A stretch of DNA of 64,000 bases from Bdellovibrionales bacterium (GCA_965205945.1 CBDBIB010000003.1:320001-384000), one strand, 5' to 3'; numbered from the stretch's first letter, positions 1 to 9,709 are shown. Notes: a model not told the origin generated them from the letters alone. Numbers and translations are program-made.

Positions 1-832
1 AATATGTGTCGGGCACCTCTAAAAAATCGACATTTAATTTTTTCATTTCAGTAATAGTTTTAATAATATCATTTGTTCCTAAAGCAATATGTTGAATACC
101 TGAACCTTTATATTCATCAATATACTCTTGGATTTGAGATTTTGAATCTGTTGGCTCGTTTATTGGAATAGCAAGTTTTTGACATGGTGAACTCATAACT
201 TTAGAAATTAGGCCTGTTGATGTACCTTTAATATTAAAAAATCTAGTTTCTTTAAAATTAAATATGCTAGAATAAAAATCACACCATTTTTCCATTTTAG
301 AAGCAGGGACATTATTGGTTAGATGATCAATATAAGTAACTCCAAGCCCGTTAAAGTCAGCTGTGTTAAAATCAAAATCTTTATTAAAAGGATTTATACC
401 ATCTTTATAATCAACAAAATAAATTAGCGAGTTACCAATGCCATAAATAGCATGAAATTGGCTTATGTCTTTTCTATTAATATATGGAGTGGCACCTCTT
501 TTAAGGGCTTTTTCATAGGCTTTTTGAGCATCTAAAGTTCTTAAGCCCATGGCACAAGCTGAAGCGCCATGTTTATCCTTAAAGTCTTTAGCAAAACTAT
601 CGGGCTCTTCATTAACAATAAATTTGACAGAGCCGTGGCTATAAAAGTAAATATCTTTTTTTTTATGCTTTCCAGTTAAAGTAAACCCTAGTTTTTTAAA
701 AGTTTCATGAAGAATTTTAGTATCAGTTCCTGCAAATTCAACAAATTCACACCCATCTAAGCCACATGGATTTTCCCATGCATCAGGATCAATATTTTTC
801 ACTTTTAATTCTGTTTGTAGAGTTGTACCCAT
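1..832 (-). CDS. hppD: 4-hydroxyphenylpyruvate dioxygenase (3' end runs off the window)
   Basis: Not in the ORF track. Manual translation from ATG at 832 gives MGTTLQTELKVKNIDPDAWENPCGLDGCEFVEF...HGASACAMG...IDHLTNNV...INEP...SQIQEYIDEYKGSGIQHIAL, which are HPPD motifs. AGGAG RBS upstream. Confidence 0.93.
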   Translation of the reverse strand, partial: MGTTLQTELKVKNIDPDAWENPCGLDGCEFVEFAGTDTKILHETFKKLGFTLTGKHKKKDIYFYSHGSVKFIVNEEPDSFAKDFKDKHGASACAMGLRTLDAQKAYEKALKRGATPYINRKDISQFHAIYGIGNSLIYFVDYKDGINPFNKDFDFNTADFNGLGVTYIDHLTNNVPASKMEKWCDFYSSIFNFKETRFFNIKGTSTGLISKVMSSPCQKLAIPINEPTDSKSQIQEYIDEYKGSGIQHIALGTNDIIKTITEMKKLNVDFLEVPDTY

Positions 833-1203
833 AGAAATCTCCTTATATCAATTTTTAACCATAAAAGACCATCATTTTCAAGAGATAGCCTTTTATTTTT
901 CACTTATTTTATATTTAAAATCAAAGCTCATTTAATAAAACTTTGTTAGCTAGCTTAATTTTTATGGCTTGACTAAATGATCATTCATCAAGTCGTTATG
1001 ACAACGATAACCAGATAAAGAGGTAAGAAAGACTGAGCATGCCGTTATAGTTTCTGTCAAGTTTCTCATGTCAAATTAAAAGATCTTAAAAGTGTTTAGG
1101 CTTAAAAACATGATTATTAAGGCTTGTATTTAAAGGAGGATACTAATTACACTAAATGGTTCTTAAATAAAATCTAACTTATACGCATACGATTTTTTTA
1201 TTT

Positions 1204-1497
1204 TTAGTGAAAAAACAATTTAAAAATACTTTCTTTATTTAAGTCAGGGAAGTAGGAGCGCTCTTTTTGTAAAATACCGTTTTTAGTTTCCTGGAAAGAA
1301 ATCTTTCCCTCCGGGCAATATCCAAGGCAGGAGGTTAAAACTATTTTTTTTAAAGGTTTTTTGTTAAAGATTCTAAAGAATTTAAGTTTAATTTCTTTAA
1401 AAGACTCAATGTTCCAATAAAACCCTAGATTTTTAGAGTTTCTTACTTTTTTAAGTCTTACCTGACAAGATTGACAAATAAAAATTTTATCTTGCAT
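1204..1497 (-). CDS. small Cys-motif protein, possibly thioredoxin-like (2Fe-2S) ferredoxin/DUF1636-like
   Basis: IFICQSC...TSCLGYCPEG (CxxC plus CxxxC). Abuts the PPTase stop codon. Confidence 0.5.
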   Translation of the reverse strand: MQDKIFICQSCQVRLKKVRNSKNLGFYWNIESFKEIKLKFFRIFNKKPLKKIVLTSCLGYCPEGKISFQETKNGILQKERSYFPDLNKESIFKLFFH

Positions 1498-2031
1498 TTA
1501 AAAACTACTCGTTACTAAAGAAAAAATACAAGATTCACCCACTGCGCCACATAAAAAATTAGCAGACTCTCCCCTTAAAGACAATGTTCCTTCGTAGAAT
1601 CCTTTACTGGTTTTATCTAAGGTTTTAATCTGCATTTTAGGCAGATTTTTTTTATCAGGCATAAACTTAAAAGCGGCTTCTTTTATAACCCATAAAAACT
1701 TCTGATTTTCTTTATTAAAAAACAATTGGTTTTTTTGTGTAGATATTCTTTTAATTATTTTAGGTGTGATTCTACTCATCTCTTCAATATCAAATCCTAT
1801 TTCTTTTTTTAAGTAAAGCGCATACCCGCCTAATGATTTACAGTGACTTATAGATAAAAAAAATTTATTTGATTTAGGGAGTGTTTTTAAATTTAGAAAA
1901 GATGCGTTTTTAGTTTTTTTGTAAAGCTGTGTGCGAATTTTTTTCCTATAATCTTTTTTTTTACTAGACCAATCAGAAGATAAAAACACTTCGCCTAATG
2001 AAGTTTTTAAGCATATATTTAAAGCTGTCAT
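1498..2031 (-). CDS. 4'-phosphopantetheinyl transferase family protein
   Basis: SISH, IGFDIE and WVIKEAAFK motifs. Confidence 0.85.
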   Translation of the reverse strand: MTALNICLKTSLGEVFLSSDWSSKKKDYRKKIRTQLYKKTKNASFLNLKTLPKSNKFFLSISHCKSLGGYALYLKKEIGFDIEEMSRITPKIIKRISTQKNQLFFNKENQKFLWVIKEAAFKFMPDKKNLPKMQIKTLDKTSKGFYEGTLSLRGESANFLCGAVGESCIFSLVTSSF

Positions 2032-2159
2032 TAAAAACCTCCTTATTTATTATATTTTATATAGGTTTGTTATTCATTATAATGTAGAAAAAATAAAGCT
2101 TTTTTAAAGCTTTAATGATTTTTATAAAAATCCTTGCATAAGTGCTGGCTAATAAAGAG

Positions 2160-2753
2160 CTAATTTGCTTGACCACTTTTTAAAGATGTAATGATTTGTT
2201 TAGAAATTTCTTTTAATGATTCAAAAACCCCTACTCCTTTAAAAGCTTGAGCTTTAAAGTCAGAAAAAGTATCTTGATTTAATTCAAGTCTTAGGTCTTT
2301 TAAGGGTAAAGCATTTAAAAGATCTTGTTTATTGTACTGAATTACTAAAGGAAGATTTTTATAATTGTAGCCCTGTCTTTCTAAATTAGATTTTAACCCT
2401 TTAAAAGAACGTTTGTTCTCTTTAAGGCGTTCTTTTTGTGAGTCTGCTACAAAAATTACTCCATCTAATCCCTTTAGAATAAGCCTTCTACTTGCTTCAT
2501 ATACAATCTGACCAGGAACCGTATAAAGATGAAATCTTACATTATAGTCATTGATCTTACCTACCTCTAAAGGAAGAAAATCAAAGAAAAGTGTTCTCTC
2601 TGTATCTGTTGGAAGTGTGAAAAGCTCTGATTTTTGAAGATTTTGAAGTTGCTTATAAATCCACTGCATATTAGTTGTTTTACCGCCTAAAGATGGGCCG
2701 TAATAAACAATCTTACAGTGGATTTCTTTTTTATTATAGTTAATAAAAGACAT
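2160..2753 (-). CDS. mglA: MglA Ras-like GTPase
   Basis: MSFINY..KEIHCKIVYYGPSLGGKTTN, RTLFFDFLP, LYTVPGQ, QYNKQD. Confidence 0.95.
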   Translation of the reverse strand: MSFINYNKKEIHCKIVYYGPSLGGKTTNMQWIYKQLQNLQKSELFTLPTDTERTLFFDFLPLEVGKINDYNVRFHLYTVPGQIVYEASRRLILKGLDGVIFVADSQKERLKENKRSFKGLKSNLERQGYNYKNLPLVIQYNKQDLLNALPLKDLRLELNQDTFSDFKAQAFKGVGVFESLKEISKQIITSLKSGQAN

Positions 2754-2754
2754 T

Positions 2755-3369
2755 TTAAATCTTCACCCTATTTTCTAAAGCTTTGCCTAAAGTCCGCCCA
2801 TCTACAAAATCAATATAAGACCCCATAGGCACACCATGGGCCAGTCTTGTAACTTGCACATCATAGTCATTTAAAACCTCTTTAATATAAAGAGACGTAG
2901 TGTCTCCCTCTATATCAGCATCAAGGGCAACAACTACCTCTTTTAAGCCTTCTTCACTCATTTTAGAAATTTTATTAATAAGCTGAGTAATTGTTAAATC
3001 TTCAGGGCCTATTCCATTTAAAGGTGCAATAGAGCCATGAAGAACATGGTATCTACCCTTAAAAGCGCCAGAGCTTTCAATTTTTGCAATATCTGCAGGG
3101 CTTTTAACCACACACATAACAGGATTTTGTTGTCTTTTTATATCTGAGCAAAAATCACAAATGCTTTTATTTTCCGTGTAACAGAAACATTCGCTACATT
3201 TTTTAATTTTTTTTTTCACATCGTCTAAAGCCTCTCTTAAAGACTCAATTTCTTTCTCATGTTTTTTAATGATGTTTAAAGTTAAGCGCTGTGCTGTCTT
3301 AATGCCAATGCCTGGCAGTTTTGAAAGCTCATGAGCTAGACGGTCTATGCAAGGAACTTTTAAAAGCAT
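2755..3369 (-). CDS. recR: recombination mediator RecR
   Basis: LPGIGIKTAQRL HhH, C4 zinc finger, YHVLHG, Toprim domain. Located in the dnaX-ybaB-recR cluster. Confidence 0.97.
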   Translation of the reverse strand: MLLKVPCIDRLAHELSKLPGIGIKTAQRLTLNIIKKHEKEIESLREALDDVKKKIKKCSECFCYTENKSICDFCSDIKRQQNPVMCVVKSPADIAKIESSGAFKGRYHVLHGSIAPLNGIGPEDLTITQLINKISKMSEEGLKEVVVALDADIEGDTTSLYIKEVLNDYDVQVTRLAHGVPMGSYIDFVDGRTLGKALENRVKI

Positions 3370-3372
3370 AGT

Positions 3373-3699
3373 TTAAAACATTCCCGGAATACTAGTGCCG
3401 CCTGTGACAGTTTCCACCTCTGCTTTGTAAGCATCTTTTGCTATTTTAATGGCATCATTAGTTGCAAGTTGAATCATTTCCGCTAACATTTGACTGTCAT
3501 TACTTTTTAAAACCTCAGGTGAAACATCTGTTGAAGATATAAAGTACTCACCAGTAACTACAACTTTAACTGCGCCACCGCCAGCTGAACCAGTAAAGTT
3601 TTTGGAAGTAAATTCATCTTGAATCTTTTTCATTTTATTCTGCATTTGATTAGCTTGTTTCATTAAATTTTTCATTCCACCAGGACCAAATCCCTTCAT
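3373..3699 (-). CDS. ybaB: YbaB/EbfC nucleoid-associated protein
   Basis: MKQANQMQ, GSAGGGAVKV. Lies between dnaX and recR. Confidence 0.93.
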   Translation of the reverse strand: MKGFGPGGMKNLMKQANQMQNKMKKIQDEFTSKNFTGSAGGGAVKVVVTGEYFISSTDVSPEVLKSNDSQMLAEMIQLATNDAIKIAKDAYKAEVETVTGGTSIPGMF

Positions 3700-3714
3700 A
3701 TTGCACTCCTTTTT

Positions 3715-5352
3715 TTATTTACGTTCGCTAATATCTTTAATTTTAATCTTATATTTTTCCTGCATTGCTTTAATTACAGAATGTTTTTCAAGGTTTTTTT
3801 TTATCTTTTCAAGTTCTTGGTCATGATTTTTTTTTTCAATAGCTTGAGCACTGGGTTTAAATTCTGCTGTTTGAGACTCTTTTGTGTTGTACTGCACTGT
3901 GTTTCCAGCCCCCCAACAAGAGACCAGACTTTTTTGAACAAGACTCAAAAAGTCTTTATTGCTTACTTGCTCTTTTAAAAATGTATTTTTAGCAGTTACA
4001 AAAAGACTTAAAACCTTAGTCTCTTTTTTATAACTGTACTCACAAAGCTCAAGCTTTGCCCCTACTACAGGGTTTGTATTTTTTAGCTGTGAAACAAAGC
4101 TTTTCCAATCGCTTAGATTATCTTTAGATCTTATGCTTGCAGTTTTTAAAGCTGGCTTTTCATATTCAAGGGTCGCAGGTTTTTTATATTCTAAAGTTGG
4201 CGGAGTAAAAGTTTTAATCACTGGTTTACTAACATCTGCTCTTAAAAGATCATTGTAGTAAGGAGATGTGCCTGCTTTTAAAAGCGTCATTTCTAATAAT
4301 ACAATGGGATTAAAGGCTTTTATAAGCTGAACTGTTCCCTTAAAGCATATATCAAAAAGAATATATAAGTCTTCAAGCTTTACTGTGGGTACAAGCGTTA
4401 AGTAAATATTTTTTTCAGCTTCAGAGTAGTCTTCTAGCTCTTTAAGTCTTACTCCATCAACTTTAAATAGAATTAAATTTTTAATGTGAACTAAAAGTTC
4501 TTCTAAATATGTTTGAGGATCTATATTAAAGTTTTTAATGTTTTTAAGTTCATCAACTAACTTTACCGAGTCTTTATTGATTAATATTTCTAAAATATTC
4601 TTAAAGTGACTAATATCCGTCACACCAAGGGTTTTTATAACAGAATCTTTAGTAAGTTTTCCTGAAGAAAATGTAATGCATTGGTCTAAAAAGCTTAAAG
4701 AGTCTCTAACACTGCCTTCGCCTATTTGAGCAATTAAAAATAAAGCATCGTCTTCATATTCCACTTTTTCAGAGCCACAAATTGTTTTTAAAAGTTGAAT
4801 CACTTGGATAAAAGGGACGAGTTTAAAATCATACCTTTGGCAACGAGAAAGAATTGTCTTAGGAAGCTTATGAGCCTCTGTTGTTGCCATTATAAAATAC
4901 ACACCTGAAGGTGGTTCTTCTAAAGTTTTTAAAAGTGCATTAAAGGCACTTCCTGAAAGCATATGTACTTCATCTATTATATATATTTTTTTTGTTCCTG
5001 ATGATGGATTTAAATTCACTTGATCACAAAGCTCTCTAATTGAGTCTACGCCGTTGTTTGAGGCTCCATCAATTTCTAAAACATCAAGACTTCTACTTAT
5101 AGAAATTTTAATACAATCTTGACAAACATTACATGGGTTTTGATTTTCTTTTAAATCTGTACACCTTAAAACTTTTGCAACAATCCTTGCTGTAGAAGTT
5201 TTACCTGTACCACGTGGGCCTGTAAAAAGAAGAGCATGGTGTAAACGGTCTGTTGTAATAGCATTAATAAGTGTCTGTCTTGTTGAGGACTGACCTTTTA
5301 AATCGGCAAAAGACTGTGGTCTCCATTTACGAGCTATTACTTGATACGACAC
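3715..5352 (-). CDS. dnaX: DNA polymerase III subunit gamma/tau
   Basis: YQVIARKWRPQSF, GPRGTGKTS, EIDGASN, IIDEVHMLS, SRCQ. Confidence 0.97.
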   Translation of the reverse strand: MSYQVIARKWRPQSFADLKGQSSTRQTLINAITTDRLHHALLFTGPRGTGKTSTARIVAKVLRCTDLKENQNPCNVCQDCIKISISRSLDVLEIDGASNNGVDSIRELCDQVNLNPSSGTKKIYIIDEVHMLSGSAFNALLKTLEEPPSGVYFIMATTEAHKLPKTILSRCQRYDFKLVPFIQVIQLLKTICGSEKVEYEDDALFLIAQIGEGSVRDSLSFLDQCITFSSGKLTKDSVIKTLGVTDISHFKNILEILINKDSVKLVDELKNIKNFNIDPQTYLEELLVHIKNLILFKVDGVRLKELEDYSEAEKNIYLTLVPTVKLEDLYILFDICFKGTVQLIKAFNPIVLLEMTLLKAGTSPYYNDLLRADVSKPVIKTFTPPTLEYKKPATLEYEKPALKTASIRSKDNLSDWKSFVSQLKNTNPVVGAKLELCEYSYKKETKVLSLFVTAKNTFLKEQVSNKDFLSLVQKSLVSCWGAGNTVQYNTKESQTAEFKPSAQAIEKKNHDQELEKIKKNLEKHSVIKAMQEKYKIKIKDISERK

Positions 5353-5395
5353 TTTCCTCCCATAGTTATAGTTTAAATTAAGGTTTTAGACAGAA

Positions 5396-5500
5396 AAAAT
5401 GTCAGGTTACCCATATCACATATGCGCCTTACGGCCGCTGCTTTCTTTCGAATCTGACGGGGTTGGCAAAGCACACCATTGCATAGGACCTGACACTTTT
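5396..5500 (-). ncRNA. ffs: signal recognition particle RNA (4.5S)
   Basis: Minus strand reads GTGTCAGG...AACCCCGTCAGATTC-GAAA-GAAAGCAGCGG...CCTGACAT: SRP domain IV with a GNRA loop and self-complementary ends. Sits upstream of dnaX, a common location. Confidence 0.88.
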
Positions 5501-5541
5501 TAAGTTAAAACAGCTAAAGTCTTTGGACAAGTGTAAGAACC

Positions 5542-6450
5542 TTGCATTATACTTTTTCTATGGCTTTGTTTAATGGTAGAAAACTAAAGTTTTTTGAATT
5601 TATGGGCTCTAAAAAAGCTATTTCTCCATGTTTGGATGCTAAGAATTTAAGCGAAATAACTTCTTCATCTTCTTTTCTTATAAAAAACCTTCCATATCCA
5701 AGCCAGATATTTAGAAAACCTAGACTTAGAGGTCTTCGTTTTAATGTTAGTTTGCGTGGAGAGCTTGAAATCTTAGCTAATAAATCTATAAACGATTTTC
5801 AGATCATAAGTCTTTTAAAGCCACATCAACCTTGGATACAAAGACAAATGGTTAAAAATAGTTTGATTAGAGCAAGATTTCCACAAAAACTTTGGAAATC
5901 TGGAGAGACTTTTTTTTTAAATGGCAAAAAGCTTAGCCTTATTTTTCTCCCAAGTTCTACTAAAAAAGCACACATTAGATTTATGAAAAACTCTTTTGAA
6001 TATTTTTATCCACTTACTTGGCATGAATATGATTTAAAAGAATTTCATAAAAAACTACATCAAAACTTTTTATACTTTTTTAGGCTCAAGGCTTCTCAGA
6101 TTTTAAATAAAAAAGTTTTTTACTGGAGTCAGCGCATGCAGCTTTTTCCAAAATCTGTAGCTTACAGAAATCAAAAATCAAGATGGGGCAGTTGCAGCTC
6201 TCTTGGGGTTATAAATTTAAATTGGCGTTTAATAGCTTTTGACGGTGCTATACAAGACTACGTTATTGTTCACGAGCTTGCTCATTTAAAACATCAAAAT
6301 CACTTTAAACAGTTTTGGGATCTTGTTGAGAGCTTTTTACCGGATAGAAAATTTACTCAAAAAAAGTTAAATAACACAGCTTTAATAGCCGATTGCTATG
6401 CTGCAAAATCTGAACTTTATCAAAATAACCCTGTTTATTTAAAAAAATAG
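5542..6450 (+). CDS. YgjP/SprT-like (DUF45, M48-type) zinc metallohydrolase
   Basis: NQKSRWGSCS, INLNWRL, YVIVHELAH (HExxH), NH..FW. Start codon uncertain. Confidence 0.85.
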   Translation: MHYTFSMALFNGRKLKFFEFMGSKKAISPCLDAKNLSEITSSSSFLIKNLPYPSQIFRKPRLRGLRFNVSLRGELEILANKSINDFQIISLLKPHQPWIQRQMVKNSLIRARFPQKLWKSGETFFLNGKKLSLIFLPSSTKKAHIRFMKNSFEYFYPLTWHEYDLKEFHKKLHQNFLYFFRLKASQILNKKVFYWSQRMQLFPKSVAYRNQKSRWGSCSSLGVINLNWRLIAFDGAIQDYVIVHELAHLKHQNHFKQFWDLVESFLPDRKFTQKKLNNTALIADCYAAKSELYQNNPVYLKK

Positions 6451-6706
6451 TAGTGTTGCGCATAAAACAGCCTAAGTTAATCGCTTAACTTTATAAAGTA
6501 GAAGGGTCAATTATTTTAAAAGTTTAGTATAAATTATGAAAAGCATGTGGCATTAAGCACAGTTAAATTAAGGAATTCACTAGACTAAAGTGGTAAAGTA
6601 CTAAAATAAATTTATATAAATTATAAAATGGTTTATAAAATAAGAGCTATTTTTTAAAAAAAGCTTACTAGTTTTAAGATTAAAAGTAAGATTTTGAAAG
6701 GAATAT

Positions 6707-6898
6707 TTAATTGTGTTTAAGTTATAATGTATTATTCTTATTGTTTTTTTAAAGCCTTGTTTTGTAGGTCAAACATATAAAATAAGGTTTTTAGACTCAA
6801 TAAGAGCTTTTAAAAATCACAATCTTTTAGATGATGTGCCTGAAAAAGAATTAAAAACAGTATATGATTAAAGAAAGCTATCTTTAAATTGGCTATAA
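6707..6898 (+). pseudogene. internally deleted, decayed copy of the beta-barrel gene at 9710-10591
   Basis: 6707-6880 aligns by eye to 9710-9880 (ATG changed to TTA, frameshifts). It joins directly to TCT TTA AAT TGG CTA TAA (SLNWL*), the exact C-terminus of the intact copy. Confidence 0.85.
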
Positions 6899-6933
6899 AT
6901 TAAAAGTTTTATGTATTAATAAGGGGAGAAAGT

Positions 6934-9348
6934 ATGACGGCAGCAAGTAGAATTTTAATAATCATTGGATTAATATTAACATTATTTGGATGTGGACAAA
7001 ATATTCTTAGCAGCAAAAAAAAATCTACAGTTGGAGAGGGTTTTAATAATGATGAGATAGTTGATCTTTCTTTAAGCTCTTCTCTTCCCAATATTACATT
7101 AAAAAACTCAAGTGCTTATCCTTTAAGTGGTGTGTGTGATTCTGCTTCTGGGATTGTAACTGTTGTTATAGGTACTCCTAATGTCACAGGAATTTTTCAG
7201 TGTGATTTAAGCGGTTATTTTTCAGGTATAATGGATGTGAGTACTGTGACTCTAAACCCACCAAATATTAAAGCAAGTCAGGCAAATCAGACCGTTTCTA
7301 TTAGTTCTCTTGTAAATGATCAAACTCCTATTTCTGATGCTCCAACAGTAGCAGATCAAAATTATAAAAATGGAACACAGGTAGCACTAGGTGTAGCTTG
7401 TAATGAAGCCGGAGAGGTAGTGACATTTACAAACCCATCATTGAGTCCAAATTCACAAACGTATACTTGTCAAGGTCAGGGGGCTGAAAGCGTAACATTC
7501 CTTTTTGCAACAGGGCAGGAAACTTTAAATACAAATAATGTTACAGTAAGTTCTGTAGATGTAAATGGTAACCCAACAACAAATTCTAATGAGTTTAACT
7601 TACCAATAGATAATGTAGCACCAACAGTGCAGGTACAAGCAGGTGCAGGTATTATAGAAGGAAATAATGCAAGCTTTACAGTGAGCGTAACTGATGGAAC
7701 TAGTTTTGTAGCATTTACACCTACACCAAGCTCAGGAACGATAAGCTCAGGTGTTTGTTCTCTAAGTCCATGTACAGTAACTGTAACAGGAGCCAGTGTA
7801 GGAGAATTAACTTTAACTGTAGCAGTAGGTGCGGTGACAGATGTAGCAGGAAACTCAAATGCATCACTTCAAACTGATAGTTTATTGGTTAGTGCTCCAC
7901 AAATAACAGGGGTTCAAATATCATCAAATGATGGAGATTCTGATACATGGTATGAAACTTCAGATTCAATTTCTATTCAAGTACAGTATGATGCTAATGT
8001 TACAGTAGATACTGTCGGTGGCACACCAACCATCTTGGTTACCTTATCTAGTGGGACTAAAACAGCAACATATTCTACAGGCTCGGGCTCTCAGAATTTA
8101 GAGTTTACGATGTCTATTCTAGCTGATGATTATCAATGCAATGGGACTTTAGATTTAGGCGGAATAAGTTTAAACGGTGGTACAATTAAAGGTGGTGGAG
8201 GCGGAATTGCTAACAATTCGGGTTTACCGTCTTCTGTAGCTGGAGCAAAGATAGATGCTAAAAATCCTACAGCTCCGAGTACTCTTAACGCTGATTTGGA
8301 TGCGTTTAATAATCTGTCGAGTAGTTTATCTTGGACTCAAGGCACTGATGAATGTGGACTTTCAAACATTGAATATGGTTTTGGAACTAGTTCAGGAGGC
8401 TTGGATATTCAAAGTTATATAGATATAGGTTTGGTAGAAACCTATCAAGCAGAAAAGAATATAGGTCTAGCTTCTTCATTTAACTTAATTGCAGGTACTG
8501 ATTACTATACATCAATTAGATCTGTAGATAATGCTGGAAATCTATCGTCAACAGCGACTAGTTCGGCATGGAGTTTTACTTGTTCAGATCCATGGGCTGG
8601 TATAAATAGAGTTATTGCTCTAGGTAGTTCGAATAAAGCCTCTATTATTGATGGGAATAGTGTAAGTGCTGAAGATTCTAGCTTTGATGATTTTGTTCAG
8701 ACCTGGCAAGATCAAAGTGGGAATAACAATCATTTAGAAGCACCTTCCTCTCAAGTAAGGCCAAGTTATGGTTCTGATAACAGTTCAACTTCAAAGTTAG
8801 AATCATATGTCCAAGGTGATGGAGTGGATGATACATTAGTCAAAGATTTTGCTTCGAGTATTACAGGAAATTTTATATTTTATTATGTGTTAAAGTCTTT
8901 AAATCAGGCGCCTGTTGAGTTTCAAAGTTATTTTAGTAGTGTTAGTAGTGGTGACGATGTTGGAGGTTTTCAGCTAGATCATGGTGGGTCATCGAGAGGA
9001 TGCGATGGCAAATTTAGAATACTTATAAAAGATATAGCGAGTGATCCTCCGTTGTCTATTTGTGGTTCTGATTACGATAACGATCAACATGTATTTGCTG
9101 TTAAATATAGCGAGGATGCTAGTGGCGTTAAAACAATGTTTTTATCTGTGGATGGATCAGAAACTAATTCTAGAACTTTATCTAATCCCGCAGATTTTAG
9201 TTCTTTAAGGTTATTTCAGAATAGAGGAGGCAATAACTTTCAAGAAGCTCAGGCATTAGAGTTAGGTGTAGCAACTGGAACTATAACTGAGGCTCAAGAA
9301 AAGCAAATAACTGATTACTTAATTTGTAAGTGGAATGTGAGTTTATAA
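6934..9348 (+). CDS. surface lipoprotein with Ig-like, FN3-like and C-terminal LamG-like domains (short paralog)
   Basis: Lipobox LTLFGC, D-x-A-G-N Ig-type motifs, YYTSIRSVDNAGN (FN3-like), WQDQSGNNNH and DYLICKW (LamG-like). Confidence 0.8.
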   Translation: MTAASRILIIIGLILTLFGCGQNILSSKKKSTVGEGFNNDEIVDLSLSSSLPNITLKNSSAYPLSGVCDSASGIVTVVIGTPNVTGIFQCDLSGYFSGIMDVSTVTLNPPNIKASQANQTVSISSLVNDQTPISDAPTVADQNYKNGTQVALGVACNEAGEVVTFTNPSLSPNSQTYTCQGQGAESVTFLFATGQETLNTNNVTVSSVDVNGNPTTNSNEFNLPIDNVAPTVQVQAGAGIIEGNNASFTVSVTDGTSFVAFTPTPSSGTISSGVCSLSPCTVTVTGASVGELTLTVAVGAVTDVAGNSNASLQTDSLLVSAPQITGVQISSNDGDSDTWYETSDSISIQVQYDANVTVDTVGGTPTILVTLSSGTKTATYSTGSGSQNLEFTMSILADDYQCNGTLDLGGISLNGGTIKGGGGGIANNSGLPSSVAGAKIDAKNPTAPSTLNADLDAFNNLSSSLSWTQGTDECGLSNIEYGFGTSSGGLDIQSYIDIGLVETYQAEKNIGLASSFNLIAGTDYYTSIRSVDNAGNLSSTATSSAWSFTCSDPWAGINRVIALGSSNKASIIDGNSVSAEDSSFDDFVQTWQDQSGNNNHLEAPSSQVRPSYGSDNSSTSKLESYVQGDGVDDTLVKDFASSITGNFIFYYVLKSLNQAPVEFQSYFSSVSSGDDVGGFQLDHGGSSRGCDGKFRILIKDIASDPPLSICGSDYDNDQHVFAVKYSEDASGVKTMFLSVDGSETNSRTLSNPADFSSLRLFQNRGGNNFQEAQALELGVATGTITEAQEKQITDYLICKWNVSL

Positions 9349-9624
9349 TTTGTTACTTGTTTAGCGAACTTTTTTTTAAATCCATTATTTCTAATTTGAT
9401 AAATTATAGAAGGCTGAAATGGTGATTTCGTGGAAACAAATTTTATAATATATGCCCAAGTTATTAATAGCATAGATCATGATGGTAGTAGTGTTGAGAA
9501 CTTTATTGAACTAAAAATAAAAAAATTAAAGCAGCCATAGAGAAACAAGGGTTTTTTCAGCAAAGTCTAGTTAAACAAAAGCCTTTACTAGGCTAAGGTG
9601 GTAAAGTGCTAAAATAAATTTATC

Positions 9625-9643
9625 TAAATCATAAAATGATTTA
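9625..9643. promoter_or_regulatory. dyad TAAATCAT-N3-ATGATTTA upstream of the barrel gene, possible operator
   Basis: Perfect 8-bp arms. A degenerate counterpart is in the duplicated upstream region near 6615-6637. The AT-rich context weakens significance. Confidence 0.3.
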
Positions 9644-9709
9644 TAAATAAGGTTTATTTTAAAAGAGTTTACTGACTGTAAGATTAAAATAAAATTTTAA
9701 AAGGAGTAT

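Noticed and set aside
3790..3840. dnaX poly-A tracts as a gamma/tau frameshift signal
   Set aside because: They lie within about 40 codons of the stop, too late to give a gamma subunit, and such tracts are common in this window.
4150..4200. TLEYKKPA/TLEYEKPA repeat in DnaX
   Set aside because: Small duplication in the variable linker with no evident functional meaning.
8830..9348. Diversity-generating retroelement acting on the adhesin tips
   Set aside because: No reverse transcriptase in the window. Differences between the tips include an indel and changes at non-adenine positions.
9418..9540. About 40-codon open stretch between the cassette copies, plus similar fragments at ~19080-19290 and ~49156-49335
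   Set aside because: No convincing start or RBS and no recognisable family. They could be remnants but cannot be supported by eye.
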